DNA of 64,000 bases from Minisyncoccota bacterium (lineage in GTDB: Bacteria > Patescibacteriota > Minisyncoccia > 2-02-FULL-40-12 > IGHO2-01-FULL-4-A), in contig JBBEDS010000014.1 in the NCBI GenBank assembly GCA_040881175.1, positions 23,174 to 87,173 on the forward strand, read 5' to 3'. The notes beneath the pieces are model-generated. The model worked only from the letters and a program-made list of their open reading frames with translations, was not told the origin of the DNA and made no database searches. This document shows positions 19,941 to 29,984 of this stretch, piece by piece. Positions within the stretch are counted from its first letter, which is position 1, and each line of letters opens with the position of its first letter. A program made the translations under genes and the position numbers.

Positions 19941-21700
19941 TGGCTGAGGAGATAACAGAACAACAAGGTAAGCTTACAGATGACCTACTAGCGCCCTCGG
20001 CTATAAATATTTCGTCTAGTAATATCCAAATCGGCAGCCAGTATGCACGAACGCTTTTTGTAGTTACATATCCAAGATATTTAAACACAAACTGGTTCTC
20101 TCCGATAATAAATCTAGATAGGCCTCTTGATATAGCAATCTACGTACATCCCCAGAATACGGCGACCATTCTGAAACAATTGCGGGATCGACTTGGCAGA
20201 TTTGAGGCGCAGGCGATGGAAGAGCAAGCGTCGGGCAAGGTCAGAGATCCCATTCTTGAAACAGCTATCCATGATATTGAAGTCTTAAGAGATCGTCTTC
20301 AGCAAGGCACTGATAGGTTCTTTGAGCTAGGCTTATATATAACAATCTATGGAGACTCCACCAAAGAACTCGATGAAACGGAGAATAAGATAAAGACTGT
20401 CATGGACGCCCAGCTTGTATATACAAAACCTGCCACCTTTCGTATGAAAGAAGGCTTCTTCTCTACAATGCCTCTTAACGACGACCAATTGAATGTTCAT
20501 ACCTCTCTTAACACCGAGCCGATATCATCGATATTCCCATTCGTCTCATACGATCTGACTACAGAGAAGGGGATACTCTATGGAATAAACAGCCATAATA
20601 ATTCTCTAGTTCTTTTCGACCGTTTTGACTTGGAAAATGCAAATATGGTCATCTTCGGTAAATCTGGAGGCGGTAAAAGTTATACGGTAAAACTTGAGAT
20701 ACTGAGAAGTTTAATGTTTGGGGCTCAAATATTTGTCATTGATCCTGAGAATGAATATAAGTTCTTATCAGATACGGTAGGAGGAACCACTGTTAAAATA
20801 TCCATAACCTCAGATAACCATATCAATCCTTTTGACTTACCTAAACCGCTGGAGGACGAGAGCTCCGCAGACGTTCTGCGTTCACATGTAGTTAACCTGG
20901 TCGGTCTCTTTAAGCTGATGTTCGGCGCATTAACACCCGAGGAGGAGGCAATTCTGGATGAGGCAATCACTCAAACATACGCGATAAAAGACATTACGCC
21001 AGGTACTCTTGATTTCAGTAACATCACTCCTCCTTTAATGTCTGACCTACAGAGCATACTTGAGGGAATGACCGGGACCGAGTCTCTTATTATCAGGATT
21101 AAGAAGTACACGGAGGGAAGCTACTCGGGATTCCTCAATAGTCCGACAGATGTTCAGCTGAACAACCAACTCGTAGCTTTTAGCATCAGAGATATGGAAG
21201 AAGAGTTACGACCTATAGCTATGTACCTTGTCCTTAACTTCATATGGACACAGGTTAGAGCTGAGCTGAGGAAGAGATTGTTGGTAGTAGACGAAGCCTG
21301 GGTTCTAATGAAGCATGATGCCGGAGCGCAGTTCCTTTTCAACGTCGCCAAACGCGCCCGCAAATACTTCTTAGGACTCACAACTATATCACAGGACATC
21401 CCTGACTTCATGGCTTCCCCTTACGGGAAACCAATCGTTACCAACTCCTCGTTACAGCTGCTACTAAAGCAGTCTCCAGCCTCCATTGATCTGGTACAAA
21501 AAACGTTCAATCTCACCGATGCTGAAAAATTCTTCTTGCTAGAATCTCAGGTTGGGCATGGTTTATTCTTCGCTGGTTCAAATCACGTTGCCTTAAGAGT
21601 TATTGCATCCTACGCAGAGGACCAAATTATAACCTCTGACCCTAGGCAGATACTCGAGATAGAGGAAGCAAAGAGGCAGCTTGAACAGAACGGAAGTTAA
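19940..21700 (+). CDS. virB4: VirB4-like type IV secretion ATPase
   Basis: GKSGGGKS Walker A, IDPENEY, VVDEAW, KRARKY, SQD. Confidence 0.92.
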   Translation: MAEEITEQQGKLTDDLLAPSAINISSSNIQIGSQYARTLFVVTYPRYLNTNWFSPIINLDRPLDIAIYVHPQNTATILKQLRDRLGRFEAQAMEEQASGKVRDPILETAIHDIEVLRDRLQQGTDRFFELGLYITIYGDSTKELDETENKIKTVMDAQLVYTKPATFRMKEGFFSTMPLNDDQLNVHTSLNTEPISSIFPFVSYDLTTEKGILYGINSHNNSLVLFDRFDLENANMVIFGKSGGGKSYTVKLEILRSLMFGAQIFVIDPENEYKFLSDTVGGTTVKISITSDNHINPFDLPKPLEDESSADVLRSHVVNLVGLFKLMFGALTPEEEAILDEAITQTYAIKDITPGTLDFSNITPPLMSDLQSILEGMTGTESLIIRIKKYTEGSYSGFLNSPTDVQLNNQLVAFSIRDMEEELRPIAMYLVLNFIWTQVRAELRKRLLVVDEAWVLMKHDAGAQFLFNVAKRARKYFLGLTTISQDIPDFMASPYGKPIVTNSSLQLLLKQSPASIDLVQKTFNLTDAEKFFLLESQVGHGLFFAGSNHVALRVIASYAEDQIITSDPRQILEIEEAKRQLEQNGS

Positions 21701-21701
21701 C

Positions 21702-22361
21702 ATGCCCAGTTACACTGAAGAACAATACGCAAGTGGCCTTAGCATTGCTAGGACACGAAAAGAGCTCGTAGAAGTACAGTCAGAAGCAGATCGAGTCGTC
21801 AAACCACCTTCGGGTGTGTTGTACTTCTTTTTATATGGCTTCTCCATAATAGGAGATATAATTGACTTGGCAGATTTTACCGGAGTCGGCGCCGCTGTCT
21901 CTTTCGTAGTCGATATCTTTATCGGTATAATTCTATTTTTCGCCGGCCGAGCCGCCAGAAACAGAATCGAAACCATGAATAAGTTTCAAGACGAGATTCA
22001 TGGACACATCCAAAACATAGAAAGAAGGGTTGTTTCCCTTAGAAATAACTATGTGCGAGCAATAAAGATATCTCGCAAGATAAAACCCCTAAGAAAACCT
22101 GTACGCAAATTAGTGCTTCGCGTTTCAAAACTGCGCAAAAGCATTGCAAGAAATCCGATGACAAGAACAATGATTGCCGTAGTGGCTGACCTAATCCCTT
22201 TCCTAGGCATCATACCTTGGCGAACTATCAATATATACCTGATGAAGCGCGATGAGATGCGTGCATTTCAAGAAGCACAGGAGATGCTACCAGAATATGA
22301 GGCTGCCCGAGAAGAAGAGATGGCAGAGGCTAACCAGCTATCTGAGGCTCAATCCTACTAG
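21702..22361 (+). CDS. hypothetical membrane protein
   Basis: ATG 1 nt after virB4 stop; hydrophobic hairpin, basic helix. Confidence 0.7.
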   Translation: MPSYTEEQYASGLSIARTRKELVEVQSEADRVVKPPSGVLYFFLYGFSIIGDIIDLADFTGVGAAVSFVVDIFIGIILFFAGRAARNRIETMNKFQDEIHGHIQNIERRVVSLRNNYVRAIKISRKIKPLRKPVRKLVLRVSKLRKSIARNPMTRTMIAVVADLIPFLGIIPWRTINIYLMKRDEMRAFQEAQEMLPEYEAAREEEMAEANQLSEAQSY

Positions 22362-22363
22362 AT

Positions 22364-23446
22364 ATGAGTAATAAAATAACTATACTATTACTATTCGTAC
22401 TTGCGGCATTTGCTGCCTTTTTAGGCGGTTACTTCCTTAGCCATAAGTCAGTCGTCGACACCTCTCCACAACAAGGACTTTTAAATAATACCCTCGTGTC
22501 TAGATTTAAGGAGTCTCCCGAGAAATACTCGGCACCGGTCGGACTATTTACCATTTCAAGAGAAAAAGCATCCTTCCCTTATTTGGCCAAAAGCGGCAAA
22601 GACGTACTTTACTATTATCCTAGCAGGGGAGAGGTCAGGTCTTCCGCCATAGAAGGCTCCGGGAATAATTCTGCTCTTGTCGCCACTATTAAACCGGGCG
22701 CATTAGATATACAGTGGTCTTCTGAGAGTAAGTTACTGGCCACCTATGTAGATGGCAACATCCTATACGACCTATCATCTGGCTCTTCAAAAGAACTCGA
22801 CAAAGATCTGGTTAGTCCGTCCTTCTCAAATCCAGGAGCCCATGTTGTCTACAATAGGCTAACCCCGGGTGCAACGGGAGGAGATATAAGAATTTCTGAC
22901 GCAGACTTCACTAATTTTAAGACACTACTGTCTACACGAATTGCTTCTTGGGATTTAGGCTGGATAGATAATGACAATATATATCTGCTAAAACAGCCAA
23001 CGTTAATCAACCAGCAAAGTTCTCTTTTAACACTGGGCGTAGAAACCAAAAAGCTAAGTAGTATTCTAGGGGATAAAAAAGACCTGCAGGTTAGCTGGTC
23101 TCCTGACGGACAAAAACTTCTCTATTCTTACGTGAGCAACAGCGCCGAAAGAGAGCTTTATGTAATGACTCTCTCCGATAAAAACTCCGAATTATTAGAC
23201 CTCGGTATCGTTGCTTCACAATGCGTATGGAGCATCGACAATAAAACTGTATTTTGCGGAAGTGGGAACTCTTTCTTTAGTCTAGATACCTCCATCACAA
23301 GACCAGAGCATACTAGAATAACAAGTCTGGGCAGAGATACTTTCAATATCTCTGTTATAAACCCGCTTCTTACTAGCTCGGAAGCTTATGTTGTATTCAT
23401 AAATGACCAGGACGGTAAGCTCTACGGCTTGAGTTTGGACAAGTAG
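22364..23446 (+). CDS. secreted TolB-like/WD40 beta-propeller protein
   Basis: N-terminal TM, SWSPDGQKLLY and WS repeats. Confidence 0.8.
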   Translation: MSNKITILLLFVLAAFAAFLGGYFLSHKSVVDTSPQQGLLNNTLVSRFKESPEKYSAPVGLFTISREKASFPYLAKSGKDVLYYYPSRGEVRSSAIEGSGNNSALVATIKPGALDIQWSSESKLLATYVDGNILYDLSSGSSKELDKDLVSPSFSNPGAHVVYNRLTPGATGGDIRISDADFTNFKTLLSTRIASWDLGWIDNDNIYLLKQPTLINQQSSLLTLGVETKKLSSILGDKKDLQVSWSPDGQKLLYSYVSNSAERELYVMTLSDKNSELLDLGIVASQCVWSIDNKTVFCGSGNSFFSLDTSITRPEHTRITSLGRDTFNISVINPLLTSSEAYVVFINDQDGKLYGLSLDK

Positions 23447-23450
23447 CTCT

Positions 23451-24902
23451 TTACTCAACCTCTGTCTTTGTCGGTATGTCAGAAGGTGACTCTGGCTTTT
23501 TTAGAGATACGATATCTCTAAGTTCTTTCGTGGAGAAACCCCTGAAGAGAAATAGGGCAGGGACATATGAGAGTGTGGCTACCGAAGCCAGGACAAAGTT
23601 TCCTCTAAGTGGGTAAACTATGGCTGCCATGACAAGCGTGGCTAGCATCGCCCGAAAGAATACCCCCAGCTCAGCCGATGCGGCTGATTCTTTTTTAATA
23701 AGCCAGAACATCCAGATCGTAATTAATATTTCTGTAACTACAGTAGTCCAGGCGGCAGCGAAATATGTATACTTAGGAATCAAAATAATGTTTAGCCCGG
23801 CATTAAATATGGCACCGGCTAAGTAAACCCACATGCCTTTCTTCTGAATATTAAGAGCAACTATTGAGTTGCCTCCTAAATTACCGAAGAAAATAACAAA
23901 GACTGCAATACTCAAAATCTGCAAGACAGGACCTGACTCAATGAACCCGGCTCCTCCTACCAAGCCGACTAGTTTATCTGAAAGAAGAAAAATATATGCC
24001 GTCATCGGCAAAGCCATAACTGCTAACACATTGAATGCTCTGCGGAATACTTTAATAAACTTTTCTTTATTCTCAAAAGCATGCCTTGATAATAGTGGCA
24101 TCATCAGCCCTATGAACGCAGCCGGCAGAAAGATAACGGCCTCCAGCATCTTATACGGAACGGCGTAAACTCCGACATCATAGGCTGGCTTCATGATTGA
24201 TAACAGCAATAGATCTAGCCTGAAGTAAATTAATACAAATATAAGGGAAGCGGCTATAGGAAATGCTATCTTCATTACCTCCTTCCAGTAGCTAACATCT
24301 ATCATTAGCTTCACCTTAGTTAACGGTTTTGAGAAACGATAGATCAAGAAAAAGTGAACCACCTCTGTAATAACTACGGCCCAAACGAACAAAAGCAGAG
24401 AAGCCCCCATCTTGAATATAATAAGTAGCAGTGCTAGCTGGACTAGCCTAGCGATAATGTCGGAAATAGAGATAAAGTAGAGCCTCAGGTGCTTTTGAAA
24501 TATCCCAGTTAAAACCTGGGATAGCGAAGAGAAAATAGTGAAGAGAGATGCGATCAGGACTCCTAGCTTAACCGAAAGAGTATAGGGCATGAAGAAGACA
24601 AGCAAGTCGGCCACTACTACTACGGAGATGACTGCAAGCAGTCTTAGTGTAAATATTTTACTAGAAATAATCGACTCTTTGTCCGGCCCTACCTTGGAAA
24701 CCTCCCTAACTAACACGGTGTAGAGTCCAAGGTCTGCAATAGCAGTGAATATGTACAAGTATGCAAAAATTGAATTGTAGTAACCAAAGCCGGTTGGTCC
24801 TAAAGACCTGGTTAAAACACCCACTACGACCAGACTAATAATCCCGACTGCTAGCCGGGACAAAACAGCGATTCCAAAGTTATAGGAGATTTTTTGTATC
24901 AA
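23451..24902 (-). CDS. polysaccharide flippase (Wzx/MOP family)
   Basis: Many TMs, DLGLYTVLVRE, VGVYAVPYK. Confidence 0.88.
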   Translation of the reverse strand: MIQKISYNFGIAVLSRLAVGIISLVVVGVLTRSLGPTGFGYYNSIFAYLYIFTAIADLGLYTVLVREVSKVGPDKESIISSKIFTLRLLAVISVVVVADLLVFFMPYTLSVKLGVLIASLFTIFSSLSQVLTGIFQKHLRLYFISISDIIARLVQLALLLIIFKMGASLLLFVWAVVITEVVHFFLIYRFSKPLTKVKLMIDVSYWKEVMKIAFPIAASLIFVLIYFRLDLLLLSIMKPAYDVGVYAVPYKMLEAVIFLPAAFIGLMMPLLSRHAFENKEKFIKVFRRAFNVLAVMALPMTAYIFLLSDKLVGLVGGAGFIESGPVLQILSIAVFVIFFGNLGGNSIVALNIQKKGMWVYLAGAIFNAGLNIILIPKYTYFAAAWTTVVTEILITIWMFWLIKKESAASAELGVFFRAMLATLVMAAIVYPLRGNFVLASVATLSYVPALFLFRGFSTKELRDIVSLKKPESPSDIPTKTEVE

Positions 24903-24924
24903 GGAGGGTTAGCCGCTGGTCAGC

Positions 24925-25416
24925 TTAGAACTGTTCCAGCTGGGGCTTCACAATTATTCTTCGTCTTGGCTCCTGTCCTATGCTCTCAGTTTGAATCTCC
25001 TTGTTAGCAGCGAGTTCTGTATGCACTAACCGTCTTTCGTAAGAGCTCATCGGCAGTAACGCCTCCGCCCTTCTTGTTTGAATAACTCTTTGGGCAGCAT
25101 CTTTAGCTAAGCCGACTAAATAATTAGTTCTTGATTTTCGATAGTCGTTGACGTCAATTATAAAATTAAAGTCGGCACCATTTATATCTAACTTTCTAGT
25201 AGCGACGAGTCGTATGATGTGTTCAAAGGCACTAAGATTCTGTCCGTTTTTTCCAATAAGCATGCTCAAATCATTATCTGACTCAACCGATACCGTAGAG
25301 AATCTATTCTCAGTGGAGTCGTTCTCAATAAACTTAACATCACCGTCAAAACCAACCTTATTTAAAAGCTCTTTCGTAATTTGAACTATTTTGTTTTTAT
25401 CGGTATCGGTGGCCAT
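24925..25416 (-). CDS. jag: Jag/KhpB KH-R3H RNA-binding protein
   Basis: LIGKNGQNL KH, MSSYERRLVH R3H; conserved position after yidC. Confidence 0.9.
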   Translation of the reverse strand: MATDTDKNKIVQITKELLNKVGFDGDVKFIENDSTENRFSTVSVESDNDLSMLIGKNGQNLSAFEHIIRLVATRKLDINGADFNFIIDVNDYRKSRTNYLVGLAKDAAQRVIQTRRAEALLPMSSYERRLVHTELAANKEIQTESIGQEPRRRIIVKPQLEQF

Positions 25417-25426
25417 TGTCTTAAGT

Positions 25427-26140
25427 TTACGAATTATGCCTATATTTCTTGTTAATGTATAGCTGTTCGAATATTGAGAACATGGTTGTAACAACCCAAT
25501 AAAGAACAAGTCCGGCTGGCAAATTCCAAGCAATAATTATAACCATGACCGGGAAAAAATACAACATTTGCTTATTCATTTTGAATGCTTGTGACTCTTG
25601 TTCTCCGGGTGAGCTTGGTGCCTGGAAAGCTGCGGCCTGCTTAGATTGGAACCATTGTAGGACTCCCGCGGTAATGGCAAGCGCAGGGGTCTTCTCGGCA
25701 AGATTTATAAAACCCAAAGCCATCTCTTTGATATGCCCGGGGTTAGTAATGAATGCATAGAGCATATCAAGGCTACCCGGCTGGAATCCCGACCTTAAAG
25801 CACTATACAGAGCCAAGAGTACGGGTAGTTGTATTAGTATCGGCAAACAGCCACTAAATGGATTGATGTTGTGCTCTTTGTATAGGGCCATTGTAGCTTG
25901 CCCCAGTGCCTGCTTATCATTCTTGTGTTTATCTTGAAGCTGCTTGATCTTCGGTTGCAACTTACTCAGTGCCCTTTGAGACACTAAAGCCTTGATAGAC
26001 AGGGGCGTAAAAGCAAATCGGATTATAATCGTGAGTATAATAATGGCGAGACCAAAATCAGTCCAAGGAATTGTGTTGTAAATAAAGACTAAGAGATTGA
26101 ATATTGGTCTTAGAAGAGCTTGATTATAAATTTCTATCAT
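25427..26140 (-). CDS. yidC: membrane protein insertase YidC (short form)
   Basis: GCLPILIQLP, LYW; synteny. Confidence 0.95.
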   Translation of the reverse strand: MIEIYNQALLRPIFNLLVFIYNTIPWTDFGLAIIILTIIIRFAFTPLSIKALVSQRALSKLQPKIKQLQDKHKNDKQALGQATMALYKEHNINPFSGCLPILIQLPVLLALYSALRSGFQPGSLDMLYAFITNPGHIKEMALGFINLAEKTPALAITAGVLQWFQSKQAAAFQAPSSPGEQESQAFKMNKQMLYFFPVMVIIIAWNLPAGLVLYWVVTTMFSIFEQLYINKKYRHNS

Positions 26141-26149
26141 AATAAATGT

Positions 26150-26386
26150 TTAAGCTAGGTCCACTCCTCCTTTAGAAAAAGGATTGCACCTAAAGATTCT
26201 TTTAACTCCTCTGGCTCCTCCGCCTACGATACCATATTTTTCAATAGCATCATGCGTGTACTGTGAACAAGAAGGGTAAAAACGGCAACGAAGGAAGCTA
26301 CCACTAAAAATAAATCCATGATCGGGAGATAATGTTTTCTGATACATCCTAATTATATTCAATACAATCTTTTTCATGCTTGCCAA
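26150..26386 (-). CDS. yidD: membrane protein insertion efficiency factor
   Basis: [19 protein letters not shown]. Confidence 0.95.
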   Translation of the reverse strand: MASMKKIVLNIIRMYQKTLSPDHGFIFSGSFLRCRFYPSCSQYTHDAIEKYGIVGGGARGVKRIFRCNPFSKGGVDLA

Positions 26387-26395
26387 AAGTTTAAA

Positions 26396-26740
26396 TTAGT
26401 TGCGATTCTCATTGACATAAAGATTATTAATTGTTTCCTTCAAATCTCTCTTGATTTCTTTGTTCAGCTTGCCTACGATGGTTGGAGTAGCGGTAATCAC
26501 TATATCGAAAGGAGTCCTGAGCTTCATCTCTCCCAAGGTTTCAGTGATAATTCTTTTCAAGCTATTGCGCAAGGTGCTTTTCTTGGAAACTTTGACGGGT
26601 ATGGCTACGGCCGCCCGCATATATCCGCTATTGTTTTCTAAAAACTTAATAAAGAAAAAACTGTGTCTTACAGTTTTTCCTACTTTCAAAACACGGCTAA
26701 TGTCTTTTTTATCTAGACGGTATTTGCGGGCCAAAGCCAT
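26396..26740 (-). CDS. rnpA: ribonuclease P protein component
   Basis: KVSKKSTLRNSLKR (RNR-like motif); synteny. Confidence 0.88.
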   Translation of the reverse strand: MALARKYRLDKKDISRVLKVGKTVRHSFFFIKFLENNSGYMRAAVAIPVKVSKKSTLRNSLKRIITETLGEMKLRTPFDIVITATPTIVGKLNKEIKRDLKETINNLYVNENRN

Positions 26741-26742
26741 GG

Positions 26743-26880
26743 TTAAATCGATAGCTTCTTGCGACCCTTGGCTCTGCGTCTTGAAAGGACCTTCTTGCCG
26801 TTTCTTGTTTCAGAACGTTTAAGAAATCCGTGTTTCTTCTTTCTTTTCTTCTTCTTTGGTCTGTACGTGGTGATTTTCAT
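26743..26880 (-). CDS. rpmH: 50S ribosomal protein L34 (missing from ORF track)
   Basis: [45 protein letters not shown]. Confidence 0.96.
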   Translation of the reverse strand: MKITTYRPKKKKRKKKHGFLKRSETRNGKKVLSRRRAKGRKKLSI

Positions 26881-27010
26881 AGACAAACCTTAGCAATTTT
26901 TTAGCGAAAAGTCAATTTAGAAAAAGGCCATAGACTATCAACTTTTTATACACACCTTATCAACGAAATCGCATTTTTGAAACGTTTACAGTTACATTAT
27001 ACTTTACTCT

Positions 27011-28378
27011 ATGACTAACGAAGAACTCTGGAAATCAGTACTCAATGAGATGGAGTTATCTCTCTCAAGAGCTAACTTTACTACCTGGTTTAAAGGTACC
27101 TCGTTATTGTCTAACAACAACGGAGCCATCCTGGTTAGCGTTCCTAATGGCTTCGTTAAAGAATGGCTGGAAAACAAGTTTGGAAAGCAGATCTGTCAGA
27201 TTATAAGAAAAGTAGATCCTGAGATAAGGGAAGTTAAATACACTGTAGGCGGCATCCGTGCTGGTCAGCCTTTGCAAAAGAAAGATCTGGTTCAATTCGC
27301 TCCCGAGAAAACAGTTGAGGACTACCAAGATACTGATATAGACAAATCAACTAATCTTAATAAGCGCTACTCCTTTGATTCTTTTATTGTAGGTTCTAAC
27401 AATGAGCTAGCTCACGCAGCCTCCATAGCTATTACCAAAAACCTAGGCAAAGTCTATAACCCTCTCTTTCTATACGGTGGGGTTGGCCTTGGAAAGACTC
27501 ATCTTCTCCAAGCTGCTGGAAATATAGTTGCTGAAACCTGGCCGGATAAGAAAATCTTGTACATCTCCTCCGAAAGACTCACGGCTGATATTGTTGAGTC
27601 TCTTAAAAACAAAACTATTGAGGATATGAAACAACGTTACTCAAAGATAGATTTATTAATTATAGACGACATTCAGTTTATAGCTGGCAAAGAAAGAACT
27701 CAGGATATATTCTTCACTACATTCAATGAGCTCTACGGCAAGAATAAACAGATAGTCCTGTCCTCAGATAGGCCTCCAAGCGCCATTCCTGCCCTTGAGG
27801 AGCGTTTACGCTCTCGATTTGAGGGTGGGATGATAGCGGACATAGGTACTCCAGATTACGAGACCCGTTTAGCTATACTTAAGCTAAAATGTAAGGAGAA
27901 GAATTTCGAGATAGATGGTAACTCTCTCTCATATATAGCCTCCAATATTCAGAAGAATATACGTGAACTAGAGGGAGCTCTTAACCGTATAATCGCTTTT
28001 GGTCAGATATATAACAAAACTCCTGATTTTAAGGAGGTTAAAAAGCTTCTAGCTGCCTATCTGAATACTCCATATAGAAAGACGACTCACCAGCTTATCT
28101 TAAAATCAGTAGCAGACTTCTATGGCGTTCCTTTAACCGACCTAGTTAAAAGGAGCCGCAAGAAAGAGATTGTTAAACCAAGGCAGATAGCAATGTTCTT
28201 GCTAAGAGAGGAGACCAAATCCTCTTTCCCTGAGATTGGATCCAAATTAGGAGGTAGAGATCACTCCACTGTAATTCATGCTTATGAGAAGATAAGGAGA
28301 GAAGAGGAGGAGAATGAGTCTACAAAACAGGAATTACTTTTGATCAAAGAAAGAATTTATCAGACATTCGATAGTTGA
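27011..28378 (+). CDS. dnaA: chromosomal replication initiator DnaA
   Basis: YNPLFLYGGVGLGKTHL, DDIQF, GGRDHSTVIHA. Confidence 0.98.
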   Translation: MTNEELWKSVLNEMELSLSRANFTTWFKGTSLLSNNNGAILVSVPNGFVKEWLENKFGKQICQIIRKVDPEIREVKYTVGGIRAGQPLQKKDLVQFAPEKTVEDYQDTDIDKSTNLNKRYSFDSFIVGSNNELAHAASIAITKNLGKVYNPLFLYGGVGLGKTHLLQAAGNIVAETWPDKKILYISSERLTADIVESLKNKTIEDMKQRYSKIDLLIIDDIQFIAGKERTQDIFFTTFNELYGKNKQIVLSSDRPPSAIPALEERLRSRFEGGMIADIGTPDYETRLAILKLKCKEKNFEIDGNSLSYIASNIQKNIRELEGALNRIIAFGQIYNKTPDFKEVKKLLAAYLNTPYRKTTHQLILKSVADFYGVPLTDLVKRSRKKEIVKPRQIAMFLLREETKSSFPEIGSKLGGRDHSTVIHAYEKIRREEEENESTKQELLLIKERIYQTFDS

Positions 28379-28600
28379 TAAGTATGTGTATATACCTGTG
28401 AAATTAATGGTTATAAATTATTGATAAAAATTGGATAAGTCTAATTCTAAAAAAAATAAGATAATATTAACAAGTTTATAACAAATTAATTAACATACTT
28501 ATCTACAGCTTACTAAATAACTTCTACCGCAAAAAATATAGTTACTAATAATCTTTTACCACTTATACACACCTCTTATTATTACTAATTAATTATATAT
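28379..28600. other. replication origin oriC
   Basis: Very AT-rich dnaA-dnaN gap with DnaA-box-like TTATCTACA (28499) and TTATACACA (28563), then a TAT/TAA-rich tract; another TTATACACA at 26946. Confidence 0.85.
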
Positions 28601-29689
28601 ATGAATATAATAATAAATCAGAAAAGATTCTTAACAGCTCTGAGGGTTGTTGAAAAAGTTGTCTCAAAAAATACTTCTTTGCCAATTCTCAACACAGTAT
28701 TACTCAAAACGGATAACGGCAGTTTAAAACTTTCCGCTACGAATCTAGAAATCGGAATTAATTATTGGATTGGAGCCAAAGTAGAAAAAGATGGAGAGGT
28801 AGCTGTTCCAGCTAAAATATTCTCAGATTTCATAAGTAATATTTCAGACGAGAAAATTAAGGTAACCTCCAATAAAAATGTGGTGTCCATAAATTCCGAG
28901 CATTATAAAACTCAAATACTGGGAATGGACACAAAAGATTTTCCGATAATTCCCAAAATAAAAAAAGATAATTCTTTCAAAATAAATACGCAGGTACTAA
29001 AAAATTCTTTAGCTAATGTATTAGATTCAACTTCTCTTTCCGAAACAAGACCAGAGCTGAGTGGGGTATATGTTAATGCTTTAAGCAATAAAATTGAATT
29101 TGCTGCGACAGATAGTTTTCGTCTTTCTGAAAAATTAATTCCGCTAAAAGAAGGTATTAGCAAATCATTTATTATTCCGAGAAATACTGTAATAGAGATA
29201 ATAAGAACAGTTGAGAATATGGATGAAGATATTAATATATCCGTCTCTGAAAATCAGATTTTTGTTCACGGACAAGACTTTGAATTGATCTCTCGCTTAA
29301 TTGATGGCCGCTACCCGGAGTACAAAAAAGTTATTCCCGATAAATTTATCTCCCTAGTCAGATTAGAAAAGTCTGAGTTTGAAAAAAATATCAGGATGGC
29401 TAGTGTATTTTCTTCAAGTATATCCGACATAAAGCTTAAAGTTTCAAAAGATACTATGGAAATATCAGCCAAGAATAGCGATAGAGGAGAGATCACCTCA
29501 CACATGAGTTGTGATCTAAAAAGCAGCCCATTTGAGATATTAGTTAACTACCACTATCTTTTAGATGGACTAAAAACAATACCGACAGGAAATGTAATTA
29601 TGGAGTTTACTGGCGATGGGAGTCCTTTAGTTATAAAACCCGAAGAGAAAAAGGATCAAACTTACGTTATTATGCCTCTTAGGAATTAG
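28601..29689 (+). CDS. dnaN: DNA polymerase III beta clamp
   Basis: ATNLEIGI, ATDSFRL, ends VIMPLR. Confidence 0.97.
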   Translation: MNIIINQKRFLTALRVVEKVVSKNTSLPILNTVLLKTDNGSLKLSATNLEIGINYWIGAKVEKDGEVAVPAKIFSDFISNISDEKIKVTSNKNVVSINSEHYKTQILGMDTKDFPIIPKIKKDNSFKINTQVLKNSLANVLDSTSLSETRPELSGVYVNALSNKIEFAATDSFRLSEKLIPLKEGISKSFIIPRNTVIEIIRTVENMDEDINISVSENQIFVHGQDFELISRLIDGRYPEYKKVIPDKFISLVRLEKSEFEKNIRMASVFSSSISDIKLKVSKDTMEISAKNSDRGEITSHMSCDLKSSPFEILVNYHYLLDGLKTIPTGNVIMEFTGDGSPLVIKPEEKKDQTYVIMPLRN

Positions 29690-29697
29690 TAACTACC

Positions 29698-29982
29698 GTG
29701 GAAGATTTAAAAAGGAAATTAACTCAACTTAAGAGGGTTATAGCTTCTAAGGAAGAAGAAGATAAAAAACTGAGGACAGAACTTAAAGAAATAATCGAGA
29801 AGCTTTTTGACCAAGTAAAAACCCCGATGGAATTTATTCGGGGTTTTTACTTACAGGGTGACAGGCTAGTCATAAACACTAATAATAAATCTTTCGCTAA
29901 TGAACTTTTCTTAGTTAAGAACCAGTTGTTAGAAGGCCTTTGGGATAGAAAATTCGTGGTGAAAGAATTGGTTATTAAGTAA
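29698..29982 (+). CDS. DciA/DUF721-like protein
   Basis: LVINTNNKSFANELF...VKELVI pattern; position after dnaN. Confidence 0.55.
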   Translation: MEDLKRKLTQLKRVIASKEEEDKKLRTELKEIIEKLFDQVKTPMEFIRGFYLQGDRLVINTNNKSFANELFLVKNQLLEGLWDRKFVVKELVIK

Positions 29983-29984
29983 GA

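Noticed and set aside
12909-23446. Integrative conjugative element or prophage
   Set aside because: No integrase, relaxase, att repeats or phage genes; composition looks like the core genome.
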